A DNA stretch of 64,000 nucleotides from Sphingobacteriaceae bacterium (GTDB taxonomy: Bacteria > Bacillota > Sulfobacillia > Thermaerobacterales > RSA17). The stretch's first letter is position 1. Every line of letters starts with the position of its first letter. This document shows, piece by piece, positions 40,172 to 53,016 of the stretch. The notes beneath the pieces were generated by a model. It was not told the DNA's origin. It ran no database searches and saw only the letters and a list, made by a program, of their open reading frames with translations. A program made the translations under genes and the position numbers. The DNA lies in contig DATGRI010000058.1 of the NCBI GenBank assembly GCA_035303785.1, positions 2,306 to 66,305 of the forward strand, given 5' to 3'.

Positions 40172-41929
40172 TCACCAAGCCAGGCGCCACAGGTTTGTGT
40201 ACCAAGCGGACGGGTGTACCGGGGCTATGCCCTGGAGTTCCCTCTTGGCCGCCAGCAGGCCGTCGGGATAGGCCAGCCAGATGTAGGGCAGATCCCGCAG
40301 CAAGATCTCGTTAGCCTCCCGGTAAATCTCCATCCTGCGGTCGGGATCCATCTCCTTGCGCCCCGCCTGGTCCAATTCCGTCAACCGGCCGGGCTTTTCC
40401 TCAATGACGCCCCCCTCGGAGCAGTAGTGGAGCCAGTTGTAGCCGTTTTGGGCCGGCGTGCGGGTGCACCCGAAGATCAACTCGTAGCCGCCGCCGGGGT
40501 CGCCGCCCAGGCGCCAGGCGGCGATGGCCGTCTGCCAGGGCTCCTTCACCAGGTAGTCGTTGTAGAAGGTGTTGCTTTCCAAAGCCAGCAGGCTGACTCG
40601 GAAGCCCAGGGAGTTCAGGTCCCGCTGGATCAACTGCTGGAAGTCGGTCCGGACCTTGTCCTCGTGGATGGTGACGATCTCAAACTCAAATTCCTGGCCG
40701 TCCTTGGTCCAGACGGCCCCGGGCACGATGTTGCCCTGGTCGTCCTTTTCGATGGTCCAGCCGGCCTCTTCCATCAAGGCGATGGCCCGGTCCGGATCGT
40801 ACTGGGGGTGCAGTTGGGTGAACTCGTCGGTGTAGTCCCAGCGGATGGGGTGGGTGTGGCCGCCCGAAGCCACGGTGCCCAGGCCCTGCAGCACCGTCTC
40901 CACCATCTGGTCCCGGTTCATGGCGTGGCCGATGGCCCGCCGCACCCTCACGTCCTGGAACTTGGGATCCCGGAAGTTGAACATGAACTGGTAGTAGTAC
41001 AGGTACGGATACTGGTGGGCCTGGAGTTCAGGATCCTCCAAGGCATCGAGGAACTGATCGGCGGTCAGGCCGTCCATCAAGTCGATGTCGCCGGCCTTCA
41101 ACGCCTGGTACATGGCGTCGCTGTCGGGAATGAAGCGGACCCGCACTTCATCCAGGCGGGCTTGGGCCGTCTGGCCTTCCACCTCCGGCTCTTCCCGGAA
41201 GAAGTCTTCGTTCTTGGTCAGGACGATCCACTGGCCGGGACGCCATTCCTTCCACCGGAAAGGCCCGGCCCCCACGGGGGGCAGGGTCCGCTCCGAGCCC
41301 CGCAGGGCCTTCACGCCGTTTTCCTCGACAAAAGGCTCGTAGTAATGCTTGGGCATGATGTAGACGCTGCTGCCGCCGTAGAGCAGGAAGGAGGCGTCCT
41401 TTTCCGCCAAGGTCACCTGCACCGTGAAGGGGTCGGGGGCCGACAGGCCCTCCACATCGTCGGCCCGGCCCTCCCGGTAGTCCGCGGCGCCCCGGATGGA
41501 CTGGAGGTACTGGAAGAAGGTGCCCTCGTAGTCGGGGTGCATGGCGTACTTGAAGGTCCAGATCACGTCCTCGGCGGTCAACTGCCGGCCGTCGTGGAAA
41601 TAGACGTCGTCCCGCAGGTAGAAGGTGTAGGTGAGGCTGTCTTCATCCCATTCCCAGCTGTGGGCCACACCGGGAATGACGTTGTAGTTGTAGTCCACCT
41701 CCGTCAAGGCGACGAACAACTGGCTGGTGAAGAAGCTTTCCCACACGCTGTCGGTGAGGGTGGGGAGCACGCTCTTGGGTTCGGCGGGTGTGGCGATGGT
41801 CAAGATTTTCGGGTCGTCTGCCGCCCCGCCGCCACCATTATCCGCCGGCCCAGAGCCGCAGCCGGCCACAAGAAGGGAAATCAACAAAACCAGCAAGAGA
41901 TGACCAATATATTTGTTCAATACCCGCAT
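40172..41929 (-). CDS. oppA: ABC transporter substrate-binding lipoprotein, family 5 (OppA/DppA-type)
   Basis: Lipoprotein signal MRVLNKYIGHLLLVLLISLLVAG|C, followed by an SBP_bac_5-like body. The start is set at ATG 41929 (track GTG 41947 is an alternative). Confidence 0.85.
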   Translation of the reverse strand: MRVLNKYIGHLLLVLLISLLVAGCGSGPADNGGGGAADDPKILTIATPAEPKSVLPTLTDSVWESFFTSQLFVALTEVDYNYNVIPGVAHSWEWDEDSLTYTFYLRDDVYFHDGRQLTAEDVIWTFKYAMHPDYEGTFFQYLQSIRGAADYREGRADDVEGLSAPDPFTVQVTLAEKDASFLLYGGSSVYIMPKHYYEPFVEENGVKALRGSERTLPPVGAGPFRWKEWRPGQWIVLTKNEDFFREEPEVEGQTAQARLDEVRVRFIPDSDAMYQALKAGDIDLMDGLTADQFLDALEDPELQAHQYPYLYYYQFMFNFRDPKFQDVRVRRAIGHAMNRDQMVETVLQGLGTVASGGHTHPIRWDYTDEFTQLHPQYDPDRAIALMEEAGWTIEKDDQGNIVPGAVWTKDGQEFEFEIVTIHEDKVRTDFQQLIQRDLNSLGFRVSLLALESNTFYNDYLVKEPWQTAIAAWRLGGDPGGGYELIFGCTRTPAQNGYNWLHYCSEGGVIEEKPGRLTELDQAGRKEMDPDRRMEIYREANEILLRDLPYIWLAYPDGLLAAKRELQGIAPVHPSAWYTNLWRLAW

Positions 41930-42042
41930 GCAGGCTCGGGCCTCCACTCAGATATGGCGTGTATTTTGGGGAAAGAGATTTTGCTCTCAGGGCACAAATC
42001 CTTTTTTCCAGCCGTCGATTTGGATAATTTGTTGGTTTTCCG

Positions 42043-43494
42043 TCAAAATTGGCAGGTCCGCGCCCACCCTGCCAAATATAAGGAGCCGCACACGATGACC
42101 ACGCCCTCGGGGCCGGCGGCCCGGGCTGCCTGCTCCAGGGCCTCCCCCGGCCCGTCCCATGGACGGGCTGCCAGCCCGGCGGCCCGGAAGGCGGCGGCCA
42201 CCTGATCCGGGGCATAGCCGGCCACCCCCGGCACCGGCACGGCGTGGACCATTCCCAGGCCCGGGGCGCCCGCCCAGGCGGCGGCCATGCCCGCCAGGTC
42301 CTTGCCCTTTACGACGCCGCACACCAAGGCCAGGGGCCGCCCGGGGAACAACTCTTCGATATTGCTGCGCAGGACGGCCATGGCGGCGGGGTTGTGGCCG
42401 CCGTCCACCACCAGGCTCGGGCTGCCGGGGAGGGTCTCCAGCCGGGCCGGCCAGCGGACCTGGTCCAGGCCCGCCTGGATTCGGGCCTTGGTCACAGGGC
42501 CCACGGCTTCCCGCCGGGTCCGGCCCAGCACGTACAGGCCGGCCAGGGCGGCGGCGGCGTTTTCCCCCTGGTGGCGGCCCGCCAGGGGCACCCGGTAAAT
42601 GCCCGACAGGGGCGCCCCGGGGGGAGCCATCAGTTGGAAGGTCACTCCCCCGGGCTCGTTGGCCAGCACCCGGTACCGCCACAGCACCACACCATGGTCG
42701 CCGGCCGGGTCATCCACCGGTCCCGGGGTGGCGGGCATCTCCACGATCCGGTGCACCGGGCAGCCCTGGGCCCGGGCGGCTTGGGCCACCACCCGCCAGG
42801 GCTCTCCCCGGAGGGTGGTCACCACGGGGACCCCTTCTTTGATGATGGCCGCCTTTTCGGCGGCGATGGCCGCCAGGGTGCCCCCCAGGCGATCGGCGTG
42901 GTCCACGGCGATGGAAGTGATGACGGCCAAGGCGGGACGGGCCACCAGATTGGTAGCATCCAGGCGCCCGCCCAGGCCCGTCTCCTGGATGAGCCACGGA
43001 AACCCTTCCCGGGCGGCCAGCAAGTACATGGCCGCCGCCAGCACTTCGAACTGGACGGGCTCCTCCCCCAGCCGCTCCGTCACCGCCGCCACCGCCGGCC
43101 AGACGGGGGCGACGGCGGCGGCGAAGGCTTCCCGGTCCAGGGGCCGGCCGTCCAGGCAGAAGCGCTCGCCGTAGCAGGTCAGATGGGGGGAGGTGAAAAG
43201 GGCGGTGCGCCGGCCCATGGCCCGGAGCAGCGCCCCCAGCAGGGCGGTCACCGAGCCCTTGCCGTTGGTTCCCGCCACGTGAACAATATTTGGGATGGTT
43301 TCATGGGGATTGCCCAGATGGTCCAGGAGGGCCGCCATCCGGTGGAGGCCCGGCCGGACGCCGAAGGCGTTGAGACGGGCCAGCCTGTCCACCACGGCCT
43401 GGTAGTCTCCATGGGTGGGGGGCGCCCCGGGCAGGACGGCTTCGGCCCCGGCCCCCGGGCTGTGGGGCAGGCCTAAGGACGGGCCGGTGCTCAC
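42043..43494 (-). CDS. folC: Folylpolyglutamate synthase / dihydrofolate synthase
   Basis: Mur-ligase P-loop VHVAGTNGKGSV, then ...ITSIAVDHADRLG.... GTG start directly after the guaB TAA. Confidence 0.88.
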   Translation of the reverse strand: MSTGPSLGLPHSPGAGAEAVLPGAPPTHGDYQAVVDRLARLNAFGVRPGLHRMAALLDHLGNPHETIPNIVHVAGTNGKGSVTALLGALLRAMGRRTALFTSPHLTCYGERFCLDGRPLDREAFAAAVAPVWPAVAAVTERLGEEPVQFEVLAAAMYLLAAREGFPWLIQETGLGGRLDATNLVARPALAVITSIAVDHADRLGGTLAAIAAEKAAIIKEGVPVVTTLRGEPWRVVAQAARAQGCPVHRIVEMPATPGPVDDPAGDHGVVLWRYRVLANEPGGVTFQLMAPPGAPLSGIYRVPLAGRHQGENAAAALAGLYVLGRTRREAVGPVTKARIQAGLDQVRWPARLETLPGSPSLVVDGGHNPAAMAVLRSNIEELFPGRPLALVCGVVKGKDLAGMAAAWAGAPGLGMVHAVPVPGVAGYAPDQVAAAFRAAGLAARPWDGPGEALEQAARAAGPEGVVIVCGSLYLAGWARTCQF

Positions 43495-46555
<3,061 letters not shown>

Positions 46556-46650
46556 GAACATCATCCCCTGCCGCCCGCGCATCGGCCCATGCGCAGTGAA
46601 TGTCAAAACCGGTTTATTTTATGATTTGGCCGCCCGCAAATGGCCGCCCT

Positions 46651-47172
46651 TCATCCATCTTTTGCGTCGTCATCCGAGGGGTCGCCTTGGCCGCCGGGCC
46701 GCAGCACCCGGGCCGGCACCCCGCCCACCAGGGCTCCGGGGGGCACGTCCCGGTTCACCAGGGAATGGGCGGCCACCACCGCCCCGTCCCCGATGGCCAC
46801 CCCCGGCAAGATGGTGCAGTTGGCGCCGATCATCACGTTCTTGCCGATGTGGACGGGGCCCCGGCGCCATTCACCGGTCAAAAATTCATGGGTCAAGATG
46901 GTGGTGTTGTAGCCGATGATGGCGTTGTCCTCCACGGTGATGTCCTGGGGGAAGAATATGTCCACCATGGCCATGAGGCCGAAGGAGACATCCCGGCCCA
47001 CCTTCATGCCCAGCATGCGGTAGATGGCGTTTTTCACCGTCAGCCACGGCACGTAGCGGGCCGTGACGATCCAGAACAAGTTCCACCCGGAGCGCCAGAA
47101 GCCGGCCACCTGGGGCCAGTAGTGCATGCTGTTGCGGCCGGGGGGCACGGGATGACGCTGGACCCGCCGCAT
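46651..47172 (-). CDS. Hexapeptide-repeat (LbH) acyl/acetyltransferase
   Basis: Left-handed beta-helix repeats (ITVEDNAIIGYNTTILTHE..., VHIGKNVMIGANCTILPGVAIGDGAVVAAHSLV) after a hydrophobic N-terminus. Confidence 0.7.
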   Translation of the reverse strand: MRRVQRHPVPPGRNSMHYWPQVAGFWRSGWNLFWIVTARYVPWLTVKNAIYRMLGMKVGRDVSFGLMAMVDIFFPQDITVEDNAIIGYNTTILTHEFLTGEWRRGPVHIGKNVMIGANCTILPGVAIGDGAVVAAHSLVNRDVPPGALVGGVPARVLRPGGQGDPSDDDAKDG

Positions 47173-47175
47173 CCT

Positions 47176-48192
47176 TCACAACTCCCGCAGGGGCAGGCGG
47201 TCGACGGCTTCCAGCAGCAAATCGTCCACCCGGCCCCGTTCCATGGCATAGTGGCCGGCGGCGGCGATCATAGCGGCGTTGTCGGTGCACAGTTCCAGGG
47301 GCGGCACCACAAGAGCGGCCCCCAGTTCGGCGGCGGCTGCCTCCAAGGACCGGCGCAGCAGGCTGTTGGCGGCCACGCCCCCGGCCAGGAGGATTTGGCG
47401 GGCCCCGAAGTGCTTGGCCGCCCGCACCGTCTTGGCCACCAGGACGTCCACCACCGCCTGCTGGAAGGAAGCCGCCAGGTCGGCCAGGGGCGGCTCCTCC
47501 CCCCGCTGGCGAAAATCTTCCAAGGTGTACAAAACGGCGGTTTTCAAGCCGCTGAAGGAAAAGTCGAAATTGTCCCGGTCCAGCATGGCCCGGGGCAAGG
47601 GAAAGGCCTCGGGGTTGCCCGTGCGGGCCAGGCGGTCCACCGCCGGGCCGCCGGGGTGGCCCAGGTCCAGGAGGCGGGCCACTTTGTCGAAGGCCTCGCC
47701 GGCGGCGTCGTCCCGGGTGGCCCCCAAGGTGTGGACGGAGCCGTCGCCGGGCAGGTGGTACAGGCTGGTATGGCCGCCGGAAATCACCAGGCAGACCGAG
47801 GGCTCCTCAGGGTCCCCGCCGGCCAGGAAGCAGGAATGGATGTGGCCCGCCAGGTGGTGGACGCCCACCAGGGGCTTGCCCGCCAGCAGGGCCAGGGTCT
47901 TGGCGGCGGTGACCCCCACCATGAGGGAGCCGATGAGGCCCGGTCCTTTGGTGACGGCCACCAAGTCCACGGCGTCCATGGTGACGCCGGCCTCGGCCAG
48001 GGCCTCCTCCAGGCACGGCAGCAGCCGCTCCAGGTGGCGGCGGGAGGCCAGTTCCGGCACCACCCCGCCGTAGCGGGCGTGGAGATCCCACTGGGAGGCC
48101 ACCACGTTGGCCAATATGCGGCGGCCGCCGGCCACCAGGGCCACGGCCGTCTCGTCACAGGAAGTTTCAATGCCCAGACACAATGCCGTCAC
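47176..48192 (-). CDS. tsaD: tRNA N6-adenosine threonylcarbamoyltransferase
   Basis: (GTG)TALCLGIETSCDETAVALV, VGVHHLAGHI, GGVAANSLLR. GTGA overlap with the rimI stop. The longer track ORF is rejected. Confidence 0.92.
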   Translation of the reverse strand: MTALCLGIETSCDETAVALVAGGRRILANVVASQWDLHARYGGVVPELASRRHLERLLPCLEEALAEAGVTMDAVDLVAVTKGPGLIGSLMVGVTAAKTLALLAGKPLVGVHHLAGHIHSCFLAGGDPEEPSVCLVISGGHTSLYHLPGDGSVHTLGATRDDAAGEAFDKVARLLDLGHPGGPAVDRLARTGNPEAFPLPRAMLDRDNFDFSFSGLKTAVLYTLEDFRQRGEEPPLADLAASFQQAVVDVLVAKTVRAAKHFGARQILLAGGVAANSLLRRSLEAAAAELGAALVVPPLELCTDNAAMIAAAGHYAMERGRVDDLLLEAVDRLPLREL

Positions 48193-48680
48193 TGACCAGG
48201 CTCCAGTTCCTTCACCATGATGATGGCGTCTTCCCCGTTGTCGGAATAATAGCCCCGGCGCAGCCCCTGGGCTGTAAAGCCGTATTGGGTGTAAAGGTTT
48301 TGGGCCGCCAGGTTGGACTTGCGCACTTCCAAGGTGATGGCGCGGCAGCGGTTGGCCTGGGCGATTTCCACCAGCCGGTCCATGAGCCGCCTGCCCACCC
48401 CCAGGCGGCGCCAGGCGGGGTGGACGGCGATGTTGGTGATGTGGGCTTCGTCCACCACCACCCACATGCCGGCGTAGCCGATGATCTGATCGTCCTGCCG
48501 GGCCACCAGGTAGATGGCGGCCCTGTTGTAGGTCAACTCGCTGATGAAGGCCTGGCGGGACCAGGGAGCAGGGAAGGACATGTTCTCGATGGCCAGCACC
48601 TGCTTCAGGTCCGACATCTTCATGGGCTCGATGATGATGTCCCCGGTGTGCCCTTGGCCTTCAGTGGGCGCCTTCGCCAT
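48189..48680 (-). CDS. rimI: Ribosomal-protein-alanine N-acetyltransferase (GNAT)
   Basis: IEPMKMSDLKQVLAIENMSFPAPW, NIAVHPAWRRLGVGRRLM, YTQYGF...RGYY. ATG 48680 overlaps the tsaB 3' end by 20 nt. Confidence 0.85.
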   Translation of the reverse strand: MAKAPTEGQGHTGDIIIEPMKMSDLKQVLAIENMSFPAPWSRQAFISELTYNRAAIYLVARQDDQIIGYAGMWVVVDEAHITNIAVHPAWRRLGVGRRLMDRLVEIAQANRCRAITLEVRKSNLAAQNLYTQYGFTAQGLRRGYYSDNGEDAIIMVKELEPGQ

Positions 48681-49434
48681 GGGCGGGGCCTCCCGTCCCT
48701 GGGGCTGCATCGCTCCTGGGGGCGCCGGCGGGCAGGGGCGCCACCCCCGGGCCGGGGTAGCGGGGCACGAAGGCCACCGGGTCCGTCCCGGCCTCCTCCC
48801 CTTGAGCAGCACCCAAACGGGCCACCCAGGAGCCTTGGGGCAAGTCCCAGCCCGGATCGGCCCAGCGGCTGCCCCGGGGCAGCCACGGGTCCATGGCATC
48901 CCGGTACCGGCGCCCGGCCCCCACTGCCACCAGGGGACTGCCCGCCCCCTCGGCGGCCAAAGCCTGGGCCACCTGGGCGGCCTCCCCTTCGTGGAGATCC
49001 CCCGCAGGCTCCGGGGCGGCGTCGCCGGCCCGGTACAGGCGGCCGTAAACCCGGCCCCGCCGGGAGGGCAGCAGCACCGCCAGGGGCGGGACGTGGCCGG
49101 GCCGGCCCAGGGCCATGGCCTGGGCCAAAGGGGCGGCCAAGACCTGCATGGTGTCCACCCCCACCACCGGGCAGCGGGCCCACCAGGCCGTCATCTTGGC
49201 CACCATGGCTCCCAGCCGCAGCCCTGTATAGGATCCGGGCCCGGCGGCCACGGCCACCAGTTCAATGTCCCGGGGCTGGATGCCCCCAAAGTCAAAAACC
49301 TTTTCCAGCAAGGCCGGCAGGAGCCGGCTGTGGGCTTGGGGCACCACGGCCCGCCAGTCGGCCACCACCAGCCCGTCCCGGATGAGGCCGATGGCCAAAG
49401 TGTCGCCCGCGGTGTCCAGGCCCAGTGTCAACAT
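48661..49434 (-). CDS. tsaB: tRNA threonylcarbamoyladenosine biosynthesis protein TsaB
   Basis: MLTLGLDTAGDTLAIGLIRDG, VAVAAGPGSYTGLRLG. ATG 49434 lies 8 nt after GGAGG. Confidence 0.88.
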   Translation of the reverse strand: MLTLGLDTAGDTLAIGLIRDGLVVADWRAVVPQAHSRLLPALLEKVFDFGGIQPRDIELVAVAAGPGSYTGLRLGAMVAKMTAWWARCPVVGVDTMQVLAAPLAQAMALGRPGHVPPLAVLLPSRRGRVYGRLYRAGDAAPEPAGDLHEGEAAQVAQALAAEGAGSPLVAVGAGRRYRDAMDPWLPRGSRWADPGWDLPQGSWVARLGAAQGEEAGTDPVAFVPRYPGPGVAPLPAGAPRSDAAPGTGGPAHGEGAH

Positions 49435-49438
49435 TTCG

Positions 49439-49951
49439 TCATCCTCCTGTGGGCGGAAGGGCCAGGGCGGCCAGAAGCTCCCCATGGCGGGGGCCGCCCG
49501 CCCCCAAAACCACCCGGCGGCCGGAAGGGGCGCCGGGTAAGTAACTTAATTCTACCGACAGGTGGTCGGCAGGCAACCAATCCCCCAGGCGGTCGGCCCA
49601 CTCGATGATAAGCACGGTGACGCCGTCCAGGGCTTCCTCCAGTTCCGGCAGAAAACCCCCCGGGTCCAGCCCCGGCTCAAGACGGTAAAGATCCACATGG
49701 ACGGCGGGGCAGCGCCCCTGGTAGCGGTGCATCAGGGTGAAGGTGGGGCTGGACACCGGCTCCGTCACCCCCAGGCCCGCCAGGAACCCCTGGGCAAAGG
49801 TAGTCTTGCCCACCCCCAGGGGGCCCTTCAAGGCCACGATGCCGCCGCAGGGGATGAGGCGCCCCAGTTCATGGGCCAGAGCCTGCAGGGCCTCGGCCGA
49901 GGCAATAACCACCGATCGGGACGCCCCCCTGGTCTCCCCGTTGTCGCCCAC
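49439..49951 (-). CDS. tsaE: tRNA threonylcarbamoyladenosine biosynthesis ATPase TsaE
   Basis: P-loop LKGPLGVGKTTF, SPTFTLMHRY, HVDLYRL. The start is set at GTG 49951 after GAGGAGG. Confidence 0.85.
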   Translation of the reverse strand: MGDNGETRGASRSVVIASAEALQALAHELGRLIPCGGIVALKGPLGVGKTTFAQGFLAGLGVTEPVSSPTFTLMHRYQGRCPAVHVDLYRLEPGLDPGGFLPELEEALDGVTVLIIEWADRLGDWLPADHLSVELSYLPGAPSGRRVVLGAGGPRHGELLAALALPPTGG

Positions 49952-49964
49952 CGCCGCCACCTCC

Positions 49965-50717
49965 TCAAACTTCCAGCCCTGCCCCCTTGGCCGCCGCCGC
50001 CTCCACCAAGCCGGCGAACAAGGCCATGAACCGGGGCTGGTACGCCGCCATGGTCTCGGGATGCCACTGCACCCCCAGGATGAAGGAGCCGTCGCCCTTT
50101 TCCACCGCTTCCACCACACCGTCGGGGGCCGCGGCGGCCGCCTGGAAGCCCGGCGGCACCAAATCCACGGCCTGGTGGTGAAAACTGTTGACCCGCAGGG
50201 GCCCCTCTCCCAGGAGCCGGGCCAGCAGGGTGCCCGCCGCGACGGCCACGTCGTGGGTGCCGTACCAAGGGGGGGCCTGCTGCCGGTGCTTCAGGGCCCC
50301 GGGCACCTGGCTCGGTATATCTTGCAGCAAGGTGCCGCCGGCGGCAACGCACAGCACCTGGAGGCCCCGGCAAATGCCCAGGATGGGCATGCCGGCGGCC
50401 AGGGCGTCCCGGACCAGGGCCAGTTCCGCCCCATCCCGCTCCGGGGTGATGCGGCCCAGCCGCGGCAGGGGATCCTCCCCGTAGTGGTTGGGATCCACGT
50501 CGGCGCCGCCGGCCAGCAGCAGGCCGTCCACCCGCTCCAGCCAGCAGGCCGTCAACTCCGGCTCCGCCAGGGCGGGAATGAGCACGGGCAGCCCTCCCGC
50601 CTCGGCCACCACGGCGGCGTAGGCCGCCGGCAGGGTCAACTGCCCCTCCGCGGTGTGATCCGTCGGAATGCCGATGACCGGCCGCCGTCCCCTCTCCCGG
50701 ACCAGGCTGTCCCTCAT
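49965..50717 (-). CDS. Peptidase C26 / gamma-glutamyl hydrolase-type class-I glutamine amidotransferase-like protein
   Basis: RPVIGIPTD, LLLAGGADVDPNHYGE, nucleophile elbow ILGICRGLQVL, HHQAV, GVQWHPE. The catalytic Cys/His/Glu context appears intact. Confidence 0.8.
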   Translation of the reverse strand: MRDSLVRERGRRPVIGIPTDHTAEGQLTLPAAYAAVVAEAGGLPVLIPALAEPELTACWLERVDGLLLAGGADVDPNHYGEDPLPRLGRITPERDGAELALVRDALAAGMPILGICRGLQVLCVAAGGTLLQDIPSQVPGALKHRQQAPPWYGTHDVAVAAGTLLARLLGEGPLRVNSFHHQAVDLVPPGFQAAAAAPDGVVEAVEKGDGSFILGVQWHPETMAAYQPRFMALFAGLVEAAAAKGAGLEV

Positions 50718-50782
50718 GATCTCCACATCCCTTCCAGGTTGCCCGCGCAACGGGCTGCCCTTCCAGGATGTGCAGGGGAGCC

Positions 50783-52546
50783 TCAGCCGGTGAAACCCGT
50801 CAGGCCGTAGGCCTCCAGCAAGGCCTCCTCCACTTGGTCGCCGGCGGAGGCCAGCAGGGCCGCCGCCCGGGGAACCCAGGCCGCCACCTCGCCCGCCAGG
50901 AGGCCCCGCCGCCACGGCCCGCCGGCAAAGGCGGCCGCCACCTGGCCGGCAGGACTGTCGCCGGCGGCGGGACCGGGGAAACCGCCTGTGACATCGGCCG
51001 CCCCCAGGGCAGCAGCCAGCCCGTGGATCATCACCGCCGCCTCGGCCGCCGCCAAGGGGGGCCGGCGGGCCGCCAGCAGGGCGCCGGTGATGCCGGCCAG
51101 CACATCGCCGGTGCCCCCGGCGGCCAGGGCCCCGTCCACCACGGGGCTCAGGCGTTGGGGGCGTCCGGGGGAGGCCATCAAGGTGCGGGCCCCCTTCAGG
51201 ACCACCACGGCGGGCCGCCGGGCCGCGATGGCCGCCGCCGCCCGGGGCCGGTGGGCCTGCACCTCCGCCGTGGACCATCCCAGCAGCCGGGCCGCCTCCC
51301 CCGGATGGGGCGTCAAAACCAAGGGGGGATCCTCCCCGTCCCCGCCGGCGGACGGGACGGGGGGCAGGTCCCAGGCCTGCCCTTCCTGAGGGTGAAGCAG
51401 GCGGAGGGCGTCGGCATCCAAAACTACGGGCGCGCCCCGGGCGGCCGCCGCCCGCCAGGCCCCCGCCGCCACCGCCAGGGCGTCCGGCCTGCTCCCCAGG
51501 CCGGGCCCGATGACCACGGCATCGATGTTGCGCTGGTTGAAAAACTCTTCTATGACCGGCAGGGCCTCCGGTGTGAATAGTCCGCTGCCCCCGTCGGGCA
51601 GGGGCAGGGTCATGGCTTCGGGCAGCTGGCCCCAGGCCGCTGCCTGGGCGGCGGGCAAGGCTATCGTCACCAGGCCGGCGCCGGCCCGCAGGGCGCCCCG
51701 GGCCGCCAGCCAGGGGGCTCCCCCCATGCCCCGGCTGCCCCCCACGATGAGGCAGTGGCCACCCAGGCCTTTATGGGCCAGGGCGGGCTCGGGCAGCATG
51801 GAGCGCAGGTGGGCGCCCACGGCGCCGGGCAGGCTCAGCACCGCCGCCGGCTGAGCGGTGGCGGTGTCGATGCCGATGGGGGCCAGCACCACCCGGCCCG
51901 TGTAGGGTATGGCCGGGCCCTGGAGGATCCCCGTCTTGGCCAGTCCGAAGGTGACCGTCACATGGGCCCGCACGGCAGGGCCCAAGGGCGAACCGCCGTC
52001 GGCGTCCAAGCCCGAAGGCACATCCAGGGCAATGACCACGGCCCCCCGGCGTCCCGCCTCGTTGATGGCTTCTATGGCCGCAGCGTAGCGCTCCCGGGGC
52101 GGCCCGGCCAGCCCCGTGCCCAGGAGGGCGTCGACCACCAGAGGCGGGTGGCCGGCGGCCCAGTCCAGGACGTCGGGGCTGAACTCCGCCAATGGCCGGG
52201 GCTCCAGGCCCGCCGCCAGGGCCAGCTGCCGGTGATGGGCGGCGTCAGGGGTCAGACCCTGGCCCCCGGAGGCCGCCTCCCACACGGTGACCCGGGCCCC
52301 CGCCGCCGCCAGGTGCCTGGCCACCACGTAGCCGTCGCCGCCGTTGTTGCCCCGGCCTGCCAGGACGGCCGCCTCCCGCCGGGCCAAGGGGCCCAGCTGC
52401 TCCGCCATCACGGCGAAGGCCGCCCCCCCGGCCCGCTCCATCAAAGTCTCACCGCTGACACCTTCGACGTCGATGGTGTGCCGGTCCAGCCGCCGCATCT
52501 CGGCGGCGGTCACCAAACAGCTCCGGGTGGCTGCGTCGGTAGTCAT
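50783..52546 (-). CDS. nnr: Bifunctional NAD(P)H-hydrate repair enzyme (epimerase + ADP-dependent dehydratase)
   Basis: YjeF_N motif GRGNNGGDGYVVARHL, carbohydrate-kinase-like C-domain (GPGLG..., GGTGDVLAGI). ATGA overlap with the acpS stop. Confidence 0.85.
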   Translation of the reverse strand: MTTDAATRSCLVTAAEMRRLDRHTIDVEGVSGETLMERAGGAAFAVMAEQLGPLARREAAVLAGRGNNGGDGYVVARHLAAAGARVTVWEAASGGQGLTPDAAHHRQLALAAGLEPRPLAEFSPDVLDWAAGHPPLVVDALLGTGLAGPPRERYAAAIEAINEAGRRGAVVIALDVPSGLDADGGSPLGPAVRAHVTVTFGLAKTGILQGPAIPYTGRVVLAPIGIDTATAQPAAVLSLPGAVGAHLRSMLPEPALAHKGLGGHCLIVGGSRGMGGAPWLAARGALRAGAGLVTIALPAAQAAAWGQLPEAMTLPLPDGGSGLFTPEALPVIEEFFNQRNIDAVVIGPGLGSRPDALAVAAGAWRAAAARGAPVVLDADALRLLHPQEGQAWDLPPVPSAGGDGEDPPLVLTPHPGEAARLLGWSTAEVQAHRPRAAAAIAARRPAVVVLKGARTLMASPGRPQRLSPVVDGALAAGGTGDVLAGITGALLAARRPPLAAAEAAVMIHGLAAALGAADVTGGFPGPAAGDSPAGQVAAAFAGGPWRRGLLAGEVAAWVPRAAALLASAGDQVEEALLEAYGLTGFTG

Positions 52547-52935
52547 GGCTTCCCGCCGGGGGCGCCCGTCAGCACTACGACGGCCGCGGCGTAATGGTTT
52601 TCGTGGGTGAGGGACAGGTGGACGCCGGTGACCCCCATGGCCTGCAGCCGCCGGGCCAGCCCCCCGGTCACCCGCAGGGACGGCTTGCCCAGGGGGTCGT
52701 TGACCACTTCGGCATCCAGCCAGCGGCCATCCCGCAGGCCGGTGCCCAAGGCTTTGACCAGAGCTTCCTTCGCCGCCAGGCGGGCCGCCAGGCGCCGGTA
52801 GCGATGGGGGCCGTCCCCCGCCGCCGCCTGCTCCCCGGGGGTGAAGAGGCGGTTCAAAAAGGCGGCGCCCTTGCGGCCGTGGGCCTGCTCCACCCGCCCT
52901 ACGTCCACCATGTCGATGCCCAGGCCGAGGATCAT
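52543..52935 (-). CDS. acpS: Holo-[acyl-carrier-protein] synthase
   Basis: MILGLGIDMVDVGRV, FTPGEQ, KEALVKALGTG, HLSLTHE. ATG 52935 lies 6 nt after GAGGTG (track GTG 52944 is an alternative). Confidence 0.88.
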   Translation of the reverse strand: MILGLGIDMVDVGRVEQAHGRKGAAFLNRLFTPGEQAAAGDGPHRYRRLAARLAAKEALVKALGTGLRDGRWLDAEVVNDPLGKPSLRVTGGLARRLQAMGVTGVHLSLTHENHYAAAVVVLTGAPGGKP

Positions 52936-52990
52936 CACTTTCACCTCGGCCCTTAGCTTACCGATTTATGGGGCCATTTCCTCCCGGAGC

Positions 52991-53016
52991 CCCCGCCGGC
53001 CCGGCGGCCGCCGGGG
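52991..53016 (-). terminator. GC-rich palindrome right after the glmS-like stop (possible terminator/processing hairpin)
   Basis: Perfect 16-nt palindrome CCCGGCGGCCGCCGGG (53000..53015) plus flanking complementary G/C runs. No U-tract. Confidence 0.3.

Noticed and set aside
42035-42050. CodY-like box (AATTTTGACGGAAAAC on the minus strand) at the folC stop, upstream of oppA.
   Set aside because: It is one nucleotide too long and mismatched relative to AATTTTCWGAAAATT. A single weak hit is not sufficient.
47175-47181. TTCACAA Rex-operator half-site near the tsaD stop. I also searched near the nuo and rex promoters.
   Set aside because: There is no partner TTGTGAA half-site at the proper spacing at any of these places.
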